From Candidatus Cloacimonadales bacterium (GTDB taxonomy: Bacteria; Cloacimonadota; Cloacimonadia; Cloacimonadales; JAFGVF01), in the NCBI GenBank assembly GCA_963663475.2, contig CAXXJV010000001.1:2272001-2336000 (forward strand): a DNA stretch of 64,000 bases, in the 5' to 3' direction. The translations under genes and the position numbers were made by a program. Shown in pieces: positions 9,799 through 19,586 of the stretch. The notes under the pieces are model-generated. The model made no database searches and was not told the DNA's origin. It saw nothing but the letters and a program-made list of their open reading frames with translations. How positions within the stretch are numbered: the first letter of the stretch is position 1; each line of letters opens with the position of its first letter.

Positions 9799-10818
9799 AT
9801 GAGAACTTCCTACAAGAAAATATTAATTGTTTTTAGCTTAGCTCTTGTAATTTTCGCTTTTATTGGATATAGGGAGCTTACAGTCCCCAATTTACCAGAT
9901 TCTTCTACAATTATTACCTTAGAAATAGAACGTGGAGCTTCAGTGATTTCCATATCTAAAAAGCTTGAAAGAAGTGGCTTGATAAATAATGCTAATTGGT
10001 TTAGACTTTATACAAAGCTTTCTGGTAAAGATAAAGAAATCAAGAGTGGGCTCTATAAACTAAGTGGTGGGATGAATCTTATCCAGCTGGTGGATTATAT
10101 CTCAGGAAATAATCAAGAAGTATTTTTTCACCCAAATAAGCTATCTATTCCCGAAGGTCTAACTCTTGAGCAAATTGAAGAAAAATTAATTGAATCTGGT
10201 TTAGCCACAAGTGGTCAAATCAAACAAGTATTCTATGATAAAGATTTTATCTATCAACATACAGGACTAAGAGCTAATTCGCTGGAAGGCTTTATTTATC
10301 CAAAAACTTACTACTATGAAGATGGCTTAGATTTGAAGGAGTTTTTGATTAAGTATCCTTTAGCAGAATTTAAAAAAGAATTTTCTGCTTATATTAATGA
10401 TGATTCCTTTTATAATAATTTAATATTGGCTTCTATTGTTGAAAAAGAATCAGGAACTAAAGAAGAAAAACCCATTGTAGCTTCTGTTTTCAAAAACAGA
10501 ATAAAGAATAGAATGACTCTTTCTTCCTGTGCTACTCATAATAAAATTTTCTATCAAAGAGGACAAAAGCCTCCCAAAATTCTTTTAAATAAACATCTGG
10601 AAATTGATTCACCTTTTAATACTTATAAGAATCTAGGACTTCCTCCCACGCCAATTTGCTCACCAGGATTAGATAGCTATCAAGCTGTTGTTTCTAATAT
10701 GGAAACTCAGTATTTATATTTCTTCGCTGATTTTAAGGGAAACAATGTCTTCTCAACATCCTATCAAGAGCATAATCGTAAAAAAAAAAGTTCATGGCGA
10801 AATAGCACTTTAAGATAA
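9799..10818 (+). CDS. mltG: endolytic transglycosylase MltG (YceG)
   Basis: N-terminal TM, IPEG, LEGFIYP, ASIVEKE, SPFNTY..GLPPTPICSPG. Confidence 0.93.
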   Translation: MRTSYKKILIVFSLALVIFAFIGYRELTVPNLPDSSTIITLEIERGASVISISKKLERSGLINNANWFRLYTKLSGKDKEIKSGLYKLSGGMNLIQLVDYISGNNQEVFFHPNKLSIPEGLTLEQIEEKLIESGLATSGQIKQVFYDKDFIYQHTGLRANSLEGFIYPKTYYYEDGLDLKEFLIKYPLAEFKKEFSAYINDDSFYNNLILASIVEKESGTKEEKPIVASVFKNRIKNRMTLSSCATHNKIFYQRGQKPPKILLNKHLEIDSPFNTYKNLGLPPTPICSPGLDSYQAVVSNMETQYLYFFADFKGNNVFSTSYQEHNRKKKSSWRNSTLR

Positions 10819-10837
10819 TAATTTAAGGATATATAAT

Positions 10838-11521
10838 ATGAGAAAAGTCACAATTACTCCAAATGTCAATATGTGGTCTTTAGGATCTGTATTGATTGAA
10901 GTTGGCAATACTAAAGTACTGTGTAATGTCAGTTTGAATGATAATCCTCCTTCTTTTTGTCAAGAAAAAGAACAAGGTTGGTTATCTGCTGAATATAGTA
11001 TGTTACCATCAGCAACCAATCAGAGGACTAGAAGAGAAGTTACAAAAGGTAAGATATCAGGCAGAACAGCTGAAATCCAACGCTTAATTGGTAGAGCTTT
11101 GCGAGGTGTTATTGATTTAAAAGCCCTTGAGGGTATAGGGATTACTGTTGATTGTGATGTGATTCAAGCAGATGGAGGCACCAGAACAGCTTCAATTACA
11201 GGAGCGTGTGTCGCCTTAGATTTAGCTTTTAATAAGCTACTAAGTCAAGGCAAGTTACTAGTAAACCCCCTCAAAGAAAAAGTTGCAGCTATTAGTGTTG
11301 GACTTATGAATGAGCAAGTTATTGTGGATATGGATTATGCTAAAGATTCTTCTGCACAAGTAGATTTGAATGTTGTAATGACTGAATCAGGTAAGCTGAT
11401 AGAATTACAAGGTACTGCTGAAGGAGCGCCTTTTACTAGAAATGACCTTGATATCATGCTTTCTTCTGCCCAAGAAGCTATTATGAAATTAATTGAATAT
11501 CAAAATGAAGTATTAAAATAG
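10838..11521 (+). CDS. rph: ribonuclease PH
   Basis: GRTAEIQRLIGRALR, DCDVIQADGGTRTASITG, QGTAEG. Confidence 0.96.
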   Translation: MRKVTITPNVNMWSLGSVLIEVGNTKVLCNVSLNDNPPSFCQEKEQGWLSAEYSMLPSATNQRTRREVTKGKISGRTAEIQRLIGRALRGVIDLKALEGIGITVDCDVIQADGGTRTASITGACVALDLAFNKLLSQGKLLVNPLKEKVAAISVGLMNEQVIVDMDYAKDSSAQVDLNVVMTESGKLIELQGTAEGAPFTRNDLDIMLSSAQEAIMKLIEYQNEVLK

Positions 11522-11536
11522 AAAGGAATTTTAGAC

Positions 11537-11986
11537 ATGTATAAATCAGACAGACAAGTAACTAATCTTCACCATATTGAATCAATTTTTAAATTATCAT
11601 ATATCTGCAGAATTGCTTTTCATAATCAACCAGCTCCTTATATCATACCAATGAACTATGGTTATTATAATAATAAGCTTTACTTGCATACTGCTAATAA
11701 AGGCTTAAAATTGGAGCTACTCAAAAAGAATAATAATGTAGGTTTCGAGATAGAGAATGAACTTAAAATGGTTCAAGGAATTAATGGTACAACTATGAAG
11801 TATCAGTCTATTGTTGGACAAGGTGTAGTTAGAATACTTGAAACAAAAGAAGAAAAACAAAGAGCTTTGAAATATCTAATTGAACATCATAGTGGAGAGT
11901 TTAGGGAACACTCCGACCAATCCCTAGCTAATGTAACAATGCTAGAGGTTACTATAAAAGATATTTCAGCTAAAGCAAATTTATAA
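11537..11986 (+). CDS. pyridoxamine 5'-phosphate oxidase-like FMN-binding protein (NimA-like)
   Basis: PYIIPMNYGY, LYLH...GLKLE..KNNNVGFE, YQSIVGQG. Confidence 0.85.
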   Translation: MYKSDRQVTNLHHIESIFKLSYICRIAFHNQPAPYIIPMNYGYYNNKLYLHTANKGLKLELLKKNNNVGFEIENELKMVQGINGTTMKYQSIVGQGVVRILETKEEKQRALKYLIEHHSGEFREHSDQSLANVTMLEVTIKDISAKANL

Positions 11987-11999
11987 AACACGAGGGAAC

Positions 12000-13142
12000 A
12001 TGTTCGAATATTTAAAGACAGGCAAATACTTTGCTCAAATTGCAGGAGGACTAGAAGCTCATGCAAAAGAAGAATTGATTTCATTAGGTGCAGAAATAAT
12101 CCAGGAAGTCCCTAGAGGCATCAGATTTACATGTAGTAAAGAGACTTTATATAATATAATATATAAGGCTAGACTTGTACAAAGGGTTCTGGCCCCTTTA
12201 ATTTCTTTAGAATGTCATAGCGAGAAATATCTCTACTCTCAGCTTTATAAAAATGTAGATTGGCTTTCACTTTTTAATCTAGATGAAACTTTCTCCATAG
12301 TAAGTAACGTTAGTGATTCTAAAATTGGTAACTCTTTATATGCAGGCCAGGTAATGAAGGATGCTATTTGTGATCAGTTTAGAGATAAATATAATGCTCG
12401 TCCTTCTTTTGATGCCAAAAAAGCTGATATAACTTTTTCTTTACATATAAGAAAAAACCTTGCAACTGTTTCTTTTGATGTAGCTGGAAAAAGCCTCCAT
12501 AAAAGAAATTATCGTCAGGGTGTAAATCTTGCACCTATGCAAGAGACCTTAGCCGCTGCTGTTATTAAACTAACTGAGTGGGATGGACAAACTGTCCTCA
12601 TGGATATTATGTGCGGATCTGGTACTCTTCTTATTGAAGCCTTAATGCGTTATTGCAAAATACCAGCTGGCTACTTAAGAGACGATAATGGAATCTATTA
12701 TTTACCTGATTTTGATGAAGATTTATGGCTTAAAGTAAGAAAAAAAGCAAACGATGAAATAATTGAATTGCCTGAAGGACTTATTTGTGGATCTGATGTA
12801 AGCTCTAAATCCCTATCTTGTGCCAGAAAAGCCCTAGACTTACTTCCTTGGGGAGATAAGGTAAAACTCCAAGTCTCAAAATTCCAAGACCTTCCTCTAG
12901 GAGAAAACAGAACCATTGTCTGTAATCCACCTTATGGTGTTCGTATGGGTAACTTAGATAGAACTATTCAATTATACAATGAAATTGGCGATTTTCTCAA
13001 ACAGAAATGCCCTCACTCTACTGCTTATATTTTATGCGGATCTGCTGATCTAGTCTCGAAATTGAGGCTAAGAGCCCATTGGAAAAAATCCTTAAAAAAT
13101 GGAAATTTAGATACAAAACTAGCAAAAATTATTATTAAGTAA
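12000..13142 (+). CDS. rlmL: THUMP-domain 23S rRNA m2G methyltransferase (RlmL-like)
   Basis: THUMP region, SLHKRNYR, APMQETLAAA, DIMCGSGTLLIEA, NPPYG. Confidence 0.8.
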   Translation: MFEYLKTGKYFAQIAGGLEAHAKEELISLGAEIIQEVPRGIRFTCSKETLYNIIYKARLVQRVLAPLISLECHSEKYLYSQLYKNVDWLSLFNLDETFSIVSNVSDSKIGNSLYAGQVMKDAICDQFRDKYNARPSFDAKKADITFSLHIRKNLATVSFDVAGKSLHKRNYRQGVNLAPMQETLAAAVIKLTEWDGQTVLMDIMCGSGTLLIEALMRYCKIPAGYLRDDNGIYYLPDFDEDLWLKVRKKANDEIIELPEGLICGSDVSSKSLSCARKALDLLPWGDKVKLQVSKFQDLPLGENRTIVCNPPYGVRMGNLDRTIQLYNEIGDFLKQKCPHSTAYILCGSADLVSKLRLRAHWKKSLKNGNLDTKLAKIIIK

Positions 13143-14263
13143 TGTTTGAATTTTCTCAAGATGCTAACTTAAAGCTCCAACGTTATCCCTATATCAAAAA
13201 TGATAAATTCCAAGCCTGGGATTCAGCTGATGAATATATTGTTAATCATATTGGTGAAAACTATCATGATCTAAATAAAGTCTTGATTATTGAAGATGAC
13301 TTTGGAGCAATTGGCCTTTCAATATCAGCAAAAGAAATCTACTTTGTTAATGATTCAATTTTATCTACAAAGGGAATTAATAATAATCTAAGAATTAATC
13401 AGCGAGATACTGCTAACTTTCATTTTATTTCTCCTTTTGCTAGTTTTCCAAAAGATATTGACTTAATTATTATCAAGTTGCCCAAGATTAATAAGTATTT
13501 AGAATTTTTACTTAATAAACTTAATAAAGTTTACTCCTCTAATACTCCTCTTATTGCTGGAGCAAAAGTGAAATATCTAAACCCAACTATTTATGATTAT
13601 TGCCAAGCTTATTTTTCTACTTTTACCTATTCCCTCTCTTGGAAAAAATCTAAGATAATTATGGCTAAATTATCAGGAATACATGACAATAAGACTTTCT
13701 TAAACATTCTGGCTGATTATAATTTAACTCTCTGTAATTATCCAAACTTATTTTCTAGCGATAAAGTAGATATTGGAACAAGATTCCTCCTAGATAATCT
13801 AGAAAATATAGATTTGTCTGCAAATATCACTAAAATCATTGATGTTGGTTCAGCTAATGGTATTTTAGGTCTGACTCTACAAAAAGCACTTCCTCAGTCT
13901 AAACTCTGGTTAACAGATATAAGTTATTCTGCTTATGAATCTGCTAAAGCAACTGTTAAAATGAGTAATCTTAATCCTCAAACAATATCTCTTGTTATTG
14001 ATAATGCTTTAGATTCTTTTGAATCTGATTTCGCTGACCTAATAGTAATGAATCCACCCTTCCATGATAAACATAAAGTTTCAATCCAAACTGCAGATTT
14101 AATATTTAAAGATTGCTACAGAGTTTTAAAGAGTAAGGGGCAATTGTTAATTGTTGCTAATAGGCACCTAGGATATCACAAGCATTTAGCTAAGCTATTT
14201 TCTCAAGTACAAATAATCACTTTCAATAACAAATTTACTTTATTGTTAGCTAGCAAAGATTAG
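13142..14263 (+). CDS. rlmG: RlmG/RsmC-family rRNA m2G methyltransferase
   Basis: LQRYP...QAWDSADEY N-terminus, FSSDKVDIGTRFLL, NPPFH, VANRHLGY. Confidence 0.75.
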   Translation: MFEFSQDANLKLQRYPYIKNDKFQAWDSADEYIVNHIGENYHDLNKVLIIEDDFGAIGLSISAKEIYFVNDSILSTKGINNNLRINQRDTANFHFISPFASFPKDIDLIIIKLPKINKYLEFLLNKLNKVYSSNTPLIAGAKVKYLNPTIYDYCQAYFSTFTYSLSWKKSKIIMAKLSGIHDNKTFLNILADYNLTLCNYPNLFSSDKVDIGTRFLLDNLENIDLSANITKIIDVGSANGILGLTLQKALPQSKLWLTDISYSAYESAKATVKMSNLNPQTISLVIDNALDSFESDFADLIVMNPPFHDKHKVSIQTADLIFKDCYRVLKSKGQLLIVANRHLGYHKHLAKLFSQVQIITFNNKFTLLLASKD

Positions 14264-14321
14264 CCATATAATAATATTAATTTAAGTGGCATATTACTTT
14301 TCTACATAAAGGACTTATTTT

Positions 14322-14486
14322 AACCCAGATAGTGCAGTAGACCTTTGTGAATAGCAGAATATTCTTCTGCAAAGATAAGATCCATAATTTTTCCGTATAT
14401 ATAAAATATATGCGTCAAAATTCTGTAAGCTATTTTGCTAGAATAATCTGCACTCTTCACTAAAGTTCTACTACGCTATCTGGGTT
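14322..14486. mobile_element. MITE-like element with ~55-bp imperfect terminal inverted repeats beginning AACCCAGATAG
   Basis: Left arm AACCCAGATAGTGCAGTAGACCTTTGTGAATAGCAG versus right arm (reverse complement) AACCCAGATAGCGTAGTAGAACTTTAGTGAAGAGTGCAG. No ORF inside. Confidence 0.55.
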
Positions 14487-14520
14487 TAAGAATTTGATTA
14501 TAAATATTACTATACCATCC

Positions 14521-14589
14521 TTAATCCTTCCTTTACAGTCTTTCGATGAAATACGGACTTTCATCGAAAGACTGTAAAGGAAGGATTAA
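14521..14589. repeat. palindromic intergenic repeat, copy 1 (31-bp perfect arms, loop TACGGAC)
   Basis: TTAATCCTTCCTTTACAGTCTTTCGATGAAA-TACGGAC-TTTCATCGAAAGACTGTAAAGGAAGGATTAA. Confidence 0.95.
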
Positions 14590-14890
14590 TGATGATACAG
14601 GGGATTCGCAGAGAAATTTAACAAGAAATATCATTTTCATGTTAAAAGTAAAAAAAAGATTGACTTGATTACAAGTCTAAAAGAGTATGATTAAAAATAA
14701 TTAAACTTAAATAAACATGTGTTTTTAGGATGAGTGGAAAGAACTTATCAGCTGATATTGTTAGGTAAGTATATCCAATTATTTCTCATCTAGTTAAGGG
14801 TATGATTAAAGAATATTATAGAAATGTCTACTCAAAAACTTAACCATAAGACCTAATGTTATTTGAGTTAAATGTAACCTTGGAGATAAA

Positions 14891-16192
14891 ATGAAGAAAA
14901 TACTGATCCCTATAACTATTATTTTAAGCTTACTTATGTTATCTTGTGGAAAAAGTGAAACAAGTCCTAACAGGACAACCCTCTTGTTTTGGCATAGTAT
15001 GGGTGGTCCGCTTGGTTCTGCTTTAAATAAGCTAATCCAAGAATTTAATGATAGTCAAAAAGAAATCAAGGTAGAAGGAGTTTCAGTTGGGAATTACACT
15101 GCTTTAACTCAGAAACTTACTGCTTCTATTCAAGCAGGTAATCAACCAGATTTAGCTCAACTCTATGAAAATTCAACAGTTGATTATATTAAGTCTGGTG
15201 TATTAGTACCTGTACAGAAATTCATTGATAGGGATTCAGAACTACAAAAAGATATAAATGAAGACTTTTTCCCTGTCTTTATCTCCAGTAATACTTATGA
15301 AGGGAAATTATGGACTTTCCCTTTCAATAAGAGTGTAAGAGTTTTATATTATAACAAAGATATGTTTTTAAGATACGGTTTTGATCCTGAGAATACCCCT
15401 AAAACTTGGCAGGAATTTATAGAATATTCCAAGATAATTTGTGCTGAAAGGGATGAAGATGGTAATCCAAAGGTCTATTTAACTAACATAAATAGTTCGG
15501 CAACCCAGCTAGTAAATCTAATTTTACAGGCTGGAGGAAAGATTTATGATGGAGAAAGAGCCAGATTTAATAGCGAAGAAGGTATTGAAGCCTTAAAATA
15601 TCTCAGAGGTCTAGTAGTAGATTCTAAGGTCGCTTATTTATCTGAAGGTTATGAAGGACAGAATGATTTTTTAGCCTCAAAAGTTGCTATGTATGAAGGT
15701 TCTAGTGTTTCTATGGCCTTTATGTCTGGTCAAAACAAATTGAAGTTTAATGTTGGCATTGCTCCAATCCCTTCTTTCCGAACGAAGAAAAATGTAATAA
15801 GTGGAACAAACATTGCGATTTTCAAAAGTAATTCTAAGAAAGAAGAAGCTGCCTGGAAATTTATTAAGTGGTTAACAGACAAAGAGCAAACAGCTCAGTG
15901 GTCTTATGATACTTATTACATGCCTTTAAGAAAGAGCGCTTTAGTGGTATCACCTTTGAAAGAAAGACTGGAAAATAATGCTAATTTATTTGAGGTCTAT
16001 GAGCAATTGAATTATGCGGATACAGAACCAAGTATCTCTGAATGGAGAAAAACCAGAACTGATATTGAAAAGTTTGTTTTGGAACCAATTTATAATGAAA
16101 ATAAGAATCTATCTGAGTCTGAATTAAAAGAACTACTTGATAGTGTTGCTCGTGATTTAGAAGAAAGGATAGAAGATAATAAAAAGAATTAA
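14891..16192 (+). CDS. ABC transporter substrate-binding lipoprotein (UgpB / sugar SBP family 1)
   Basis: Lipobox MLSC, FWHSMGG, PFNKS..LYYNKD, AAWKFIKWL. Confidence 0.9.
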   Translation: MKKILIPITIILSLLMLSCGKSETSPNRTTLLFWHSMGGPLGSALNKLIQEFNDSQKEIKVEGVSVGNYTALTQKLTASIQAGNQPDLAQLYENSTVDYIKSGVLVPVQKFIDRDSELQKDINEDFFPVFISSNTYEGKLWTFPFNKSVRVLYYNKDMFLRYGFDPENTPKTWQEFIEYSKIICAERDEDGNPKVYLTNINSSATQLVNLILQAGGKIYDGERARFNSEEGIEALKYLRGLVVDSKVAYLSEGYEGQNDFLASKVAMYEGSSVSMAFMSGQNKLKFNVGIAPIPSFRTKKNVISGTNIAIFKSNSKKEEAAWKFIKWLTDKEQTAQWSYDTYYMPLRKSALVVSPLKERLENNANLFEVYEQLNYADTEPSISEWRKTRTDIEKFVLEPIYNENKNLSESELKELLDSVARDLEERIEDNKKN

Positions 16193-16208
16193 TTAATGGA
16201 GAATATAA

Positions 16209-18116
16209 ATGAATATTAAGATAAAGTTACCTGATGGTGCTATAAAAGACTTTGAAAGTAAGGTTACAGTTTTAGAAGTAGCTCGAAGTATTAGCGATGG
16301 TTTAGCTAATGCTTCTTTAGCTGGAATTGTTAATGGGAAAAAAGTTGATTTAGATTATCAAATCATGGAAGATGCAGATGTCTCAATTATTACTTTTAAC
16401 TCTGAAGAAGGACCAGATATTTATTGGCACTCTACAGCTCATTTAATGGCACAAGCTGTAAAACAGCTATTCCCTAAAGTAAAAGTTACCATTGGTCCAG
16501 CTATTGATAATGGTTTCTATTATGACTTTGATAGTGATAAGGCTTTTTCTGAAGAAGATTTAGTAAAGATTGAAGAAAGAATGAAAGAACTTTCCAAAGA
16601 AAAACTTCCTTATGTGAGAAAAGAAGTCTCTCGTAACGAAGCAATGGAAATTTTTAAAGAAATGGATGAACCATATAAACTTGAAATCTTAGCAGAGATT
16701 CCAGAAGATGAAGTATTATCTCTCTACACACAAGGTGATTTTACAGATTTATGTCGGGGACCTCATGTAGCTCATACAGGAAAAATTAAAGCTTTCAAAT
16801 TACTTCGTTCTTCTGGTGCTTACTGGAGAGGTGATGAAAATAATAAAATGCTTAAGAGAATTTATGGTATTTCTTTCCCTTCTAAAAAAGAATTAAAAGT
16901 TTATCTTAATAATCTAGAAGAAGCTAAAAAGAGAGACCATAGAAAAATTGGTAAAGAACTAGATCTATTTTCTATAAATGATGATATCGGTCCTGGTTTA
17001 GTCTTATGGCATCCTAAAGGTGCTATGATTAGACATCAGATTGAATCTTTCTGGAAAGAAAAACATCTTGAATATGGCTATAATTTAGTCTATACACCTC
17101 ATATAGGCAAAGGCCAACTCTGGGAAACTTCTGGACACCTAAGCTTCTATAAAGATGGTATGTATGATTCTATGGAGATGGATGGAATTGATTACTATGT
17201 TAAACCTATGAACTGCCCTTTCCATATCATGATTTATAAGTCTTCTAAGAGATCATATCGTGAATTACCAATGAAGTTAGCAGAACTTGGAACAGTTTAT
17301 CGTAATGAGCTTTCAGGTGCTCTCCATGGTTTAATGAGAGTAAGAGGATTTACTCAAGATGATGCTCATATCATATGTACACCAGACCAACTAGAAGAAG
17401 AAGTTGAAAAATTATTAGACTTCTCTCTCATGGTATTAGGAAAATTTGGATTTGAAAACTTTGAGATTTATCTCTCAACAATGCCTGAAAAGTCTGTTGG
17501 TGATCCTGAAGAATGGAAGGCTGCTACTGAATCACTTCGTAATGCTATTGAAAAACATAATTTAGAATATAAAATTGATGAAGGTGGTGGAGCATTTTAC
17601 GGTCCTAAGATAGATATCAAGATTAAAGATGCTTTAAACAGATCATGGCAATGTACAACTATCCAATTTGATTTTAATCTTCCTACTCGTTTTGAGATGG
17701 ATTATATAGGAAGTGATAATCAGGCTCATAGACCATACATGATTCATAGAGCTCTGTTAGGTTCAATAGAGAGATTTTTCGGTACTCTTATAGAATATCA
17801 TGCGGGTAACTTCCCAGTATGGCTCTGCCCTATCCAGGTTAAAGTATTACCAATTTCTGATGCAAGCTCTGAATATGCTAATGAAGTTTTAGCTTCTCTT
17901 AAAGCTAAGGGTATCAGAGCAGAAATTGATGAAAGATCAGAAAAAATAAATTTTAAAGTTAGAGAAGCAGAGATGGCAAAAATCCCTTATATGTTTGTTA
18001 TAGGTGGAAAAGAAGCTGAAGAAAAATCTGTATCAGTTAGAAGACATACAAAAGGAAATTTAGGACAAATCAAACTTGAAGAAGCTATTGATTTAGTACT
18101 TAATGATAAAGAATAA
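16209..18116 (+). CDS. thrS: threonine--tRNA ligase
   Basis: TGS domain, HSTAHLMA, DLCRGPH, KPMNCP, GAFYGPKID, HRALLGS. Confidence 0.98.
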   Translation: MNIKIKLPDGAIKDFESKVTVLEVARSISDGLANASLAGIVNGKKVDLDYQIMEDADVSIITFNSEEGPDIYWHSTAHLMAQAVKQLFPKVKVTIGPAIDNGFYYDFDSDKAFSEEDLVKIEERMKELSKEKLPYVRKEVSRNEAMEIFKEMDEPYKLEILAEIPEDEVLSLYTQGDFTDLCRGPHVAHTGKIKAFKLLRSSGAYWRGDENNKMLKRIYGISFPSKKELKVYLNNLEEAKKRDHRKIGKELDLFSINDDIGPGLVLWHPKGAMIRHQIESFWKEKHLEYGYNLVYTPHIGKGQLWETSGHLSFYKDGMYDSMEMDGIDYYVKPMNCPFHIMIYKSSKRSYRELPMKLAELGTVYRNELSGALHGLMRVRGFTQDDAHIICTPDQLEEEVEKLLDFSLMVLGKFGFENFEIYLSTMPEKSVGDPEEWKAATESLRNAIEKHNLEYKIDEGGGAFYGPKIDIKIKDALNRSWQCTTIQFDFNLPTRFEMDYIGSDNQAHRPYMIHRALLGSIERFFGTLIEYHAGNFPVWLCPIQVKVLPISDASSEYANEVLASLKAKGIRAEIDERSEKINFKVREAEMAKIPYMFVIGGKEAEEKSVSVRRHTKGNLGQIKLEEAIDLVLNDKE

Positions 18117-18135
18117 TCACATAACTATAAATAAT

Positions 18136-18164
18136 AAATAATGCGGGTTTTACCCGCATTATTT
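18136..18164 (+). terminator. rho-independent terminator-like hairpin after thrS
   Basis: AAATAATGCGGGT-TTT-ACCCGCATTATTT. Confidence 0.75.
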
Positions 18165-18182
18165 CTAATATGAGTCAGAATT

Positions 18183-19148
18183 ATGAATAAGTATATAGAA
18201 GATTTCAAGCAAGAAATATTAAGACAGTCAGATGCATTGAAAAAAGCATATGATAGAATTGACGAAAAGGTTGTTTTAGCTCTTGATATTTTAATCAAAT
18301 GTCAAGGAAAAGTCGTTGTTACAGGTATGGGAAAGGCTGGATTAATAGCAAGAAAGATATCTGCAACCCTAGCTTCTACAGGTACTACCTCTATCTTCTT
18401 ACACCCTGCTGAAGGTATTCATGGAGATCTTGGAATGCTAGAAAAAAATGATGTAGTTATCGCAATTTCAAATAGCGGAAATACTGAAGAAGTAATCTCA
18501 ATTATTCCCTATATTAAATTTAATAATATACCACTTATTGCCCTAACTGGTAATATGGAATCACGACTTGCCAAATATTCTGATGTAGCATTAGATTGTT
18601 CAGTCCCCAAAGACTATGAACAACTAGGCCTTGTACCTACTGCAAGTACAACCGTTGAGCTGGCTATGGGCGATGCTTTAGCTGTTGCTTTACTTAAAAA
18701 ACGTAATTTTGCTTTAGAAGATTATGCTAAATTTCACCCAGGTGGTTCAATAGGTAAAAAGCTTCTGCTTAAAGTTAATGACTTAATGCATGGCAATAAT
18801 GAAATCCCTTTTACTGATTATACTGACACTATGGATCTTGCAATTATGGAAATGACTTCTAAGAAATTAGGTTGCACTCTTGTTGTCAGAGATAATTCAT
18901 TAATTGGTATTGTCACTGATGGAGATTTAAGAAGATTTTTACAGCAAGGGCATTCTGCAATTAAAGAATATCCGGTTACCCAAGCAATGACGAAAAATCC
19001 AAAGTATATCCAGGATGATAAGCTCGCAGTTGAGGCACTTAATCTTATGGAGAAATACAATATTACCGTTCTTCCAGTTCTCAACCAAGATAAAAGTCCT
19101 ATTGGTGTAATCCACCTTCATGATTTAATCAAAGCTGGTGTAGTCTAA
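18183..19148 (+). CDS. kdsD: arabinose 5-phosphate isomerase (KpsF/GutQ; SIS + 2 CBS)
   Basis: TGMGK, ASTGT, HPAEGIHGDLG, PTAST, FHPGGSIG, CBS pair. Confidence 0.93.
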   Translation: MNKYIEDFKQEILRQSDALKKAYDRIDEKVVLALDILIKCQGKVVVTGMGKAGLIARKISATLASTGTTSIFLHPAEGIHGDLGMLEKNDVVIAISNSGNTEEVISIIPYIKFNNIPLIALTGNMESRLAKYSDVALDCSVPKDYEQLGLVPTASTTVELAMGDALAVALLKKRNFALEDYAKFHPGGSIGKKLLLKVNDLMHGNNEIPFTDYTDTMDLAIMEMTSKKLGCTLVVRDNSLIGIVTDGDLRRFLQQGHSAIKEYPVTQAMTKNPKYIQDDKLAVEALNLMEKYNITVLPVLNQDKSPIGVIHLHDLIKAGVV

Positions 19149-19586
19149 ATGAAACTTCTTATTCAGAGAGTTACTCAAGCTTCTGTGGTTGTTGATGGGA
19201 CTGAAATATCTAAGATAGCCCAAGGTTTATTAGTCTTCATAGGAATTGCTGAGCAGGATGATGAGTCGCAAATAGACTGGTTAGTAAACAAGCTTATTAA
19301 GTTAAGAATTTTTGAAGATGATCAAGGTAAAATGAATTTATCATTATCTGATTTAAACTATGAGATAATGCTGATATCGCAGTTTACTCTCTATGCAAAC
19401 TCTAAAAGAGGCCTAAGACCTGATTTTACTGAAGCTGCAAAGCCAGATCAAGCTCAAAGACTCTATAATATCTTTATTGAAAGATTAACGGTCAAATATA
19501 AAGCACCAAAAACAGGTGTTTTCGGTGCTGATATGAAAGTTTCTTTATTAAATGATGGACCTGTAACTATTATTCTTGAGAAGTAG
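19149..19586 (+). CDS. dtd: D-aminoacyl-tRNA deacylase
   Basis: QRV, SQFTL, FGADMKVSLLNDGPVT. Confidence 0.96.
   Translation: MKLLIQRVTQASVVVDGTEISKIAQGLLVFIGIAEQDDESQIDWLVNKLIKLRIFEDDQGKMNLSLSDLNYEIMLISQFTLYANSKRGLRPDFTEAAKPDQAQRLYNIFIERLTVKYKAPKTGVFGADMKVSLLNDGPVTIILEK

Noticed and set aside
14700-14890. T-box or known riboswitch controlling SBP-thrS
   Set aside because: No T-box GGTGGNACC or recognisable aptamer consensus; kept only as an unassigned structured leader
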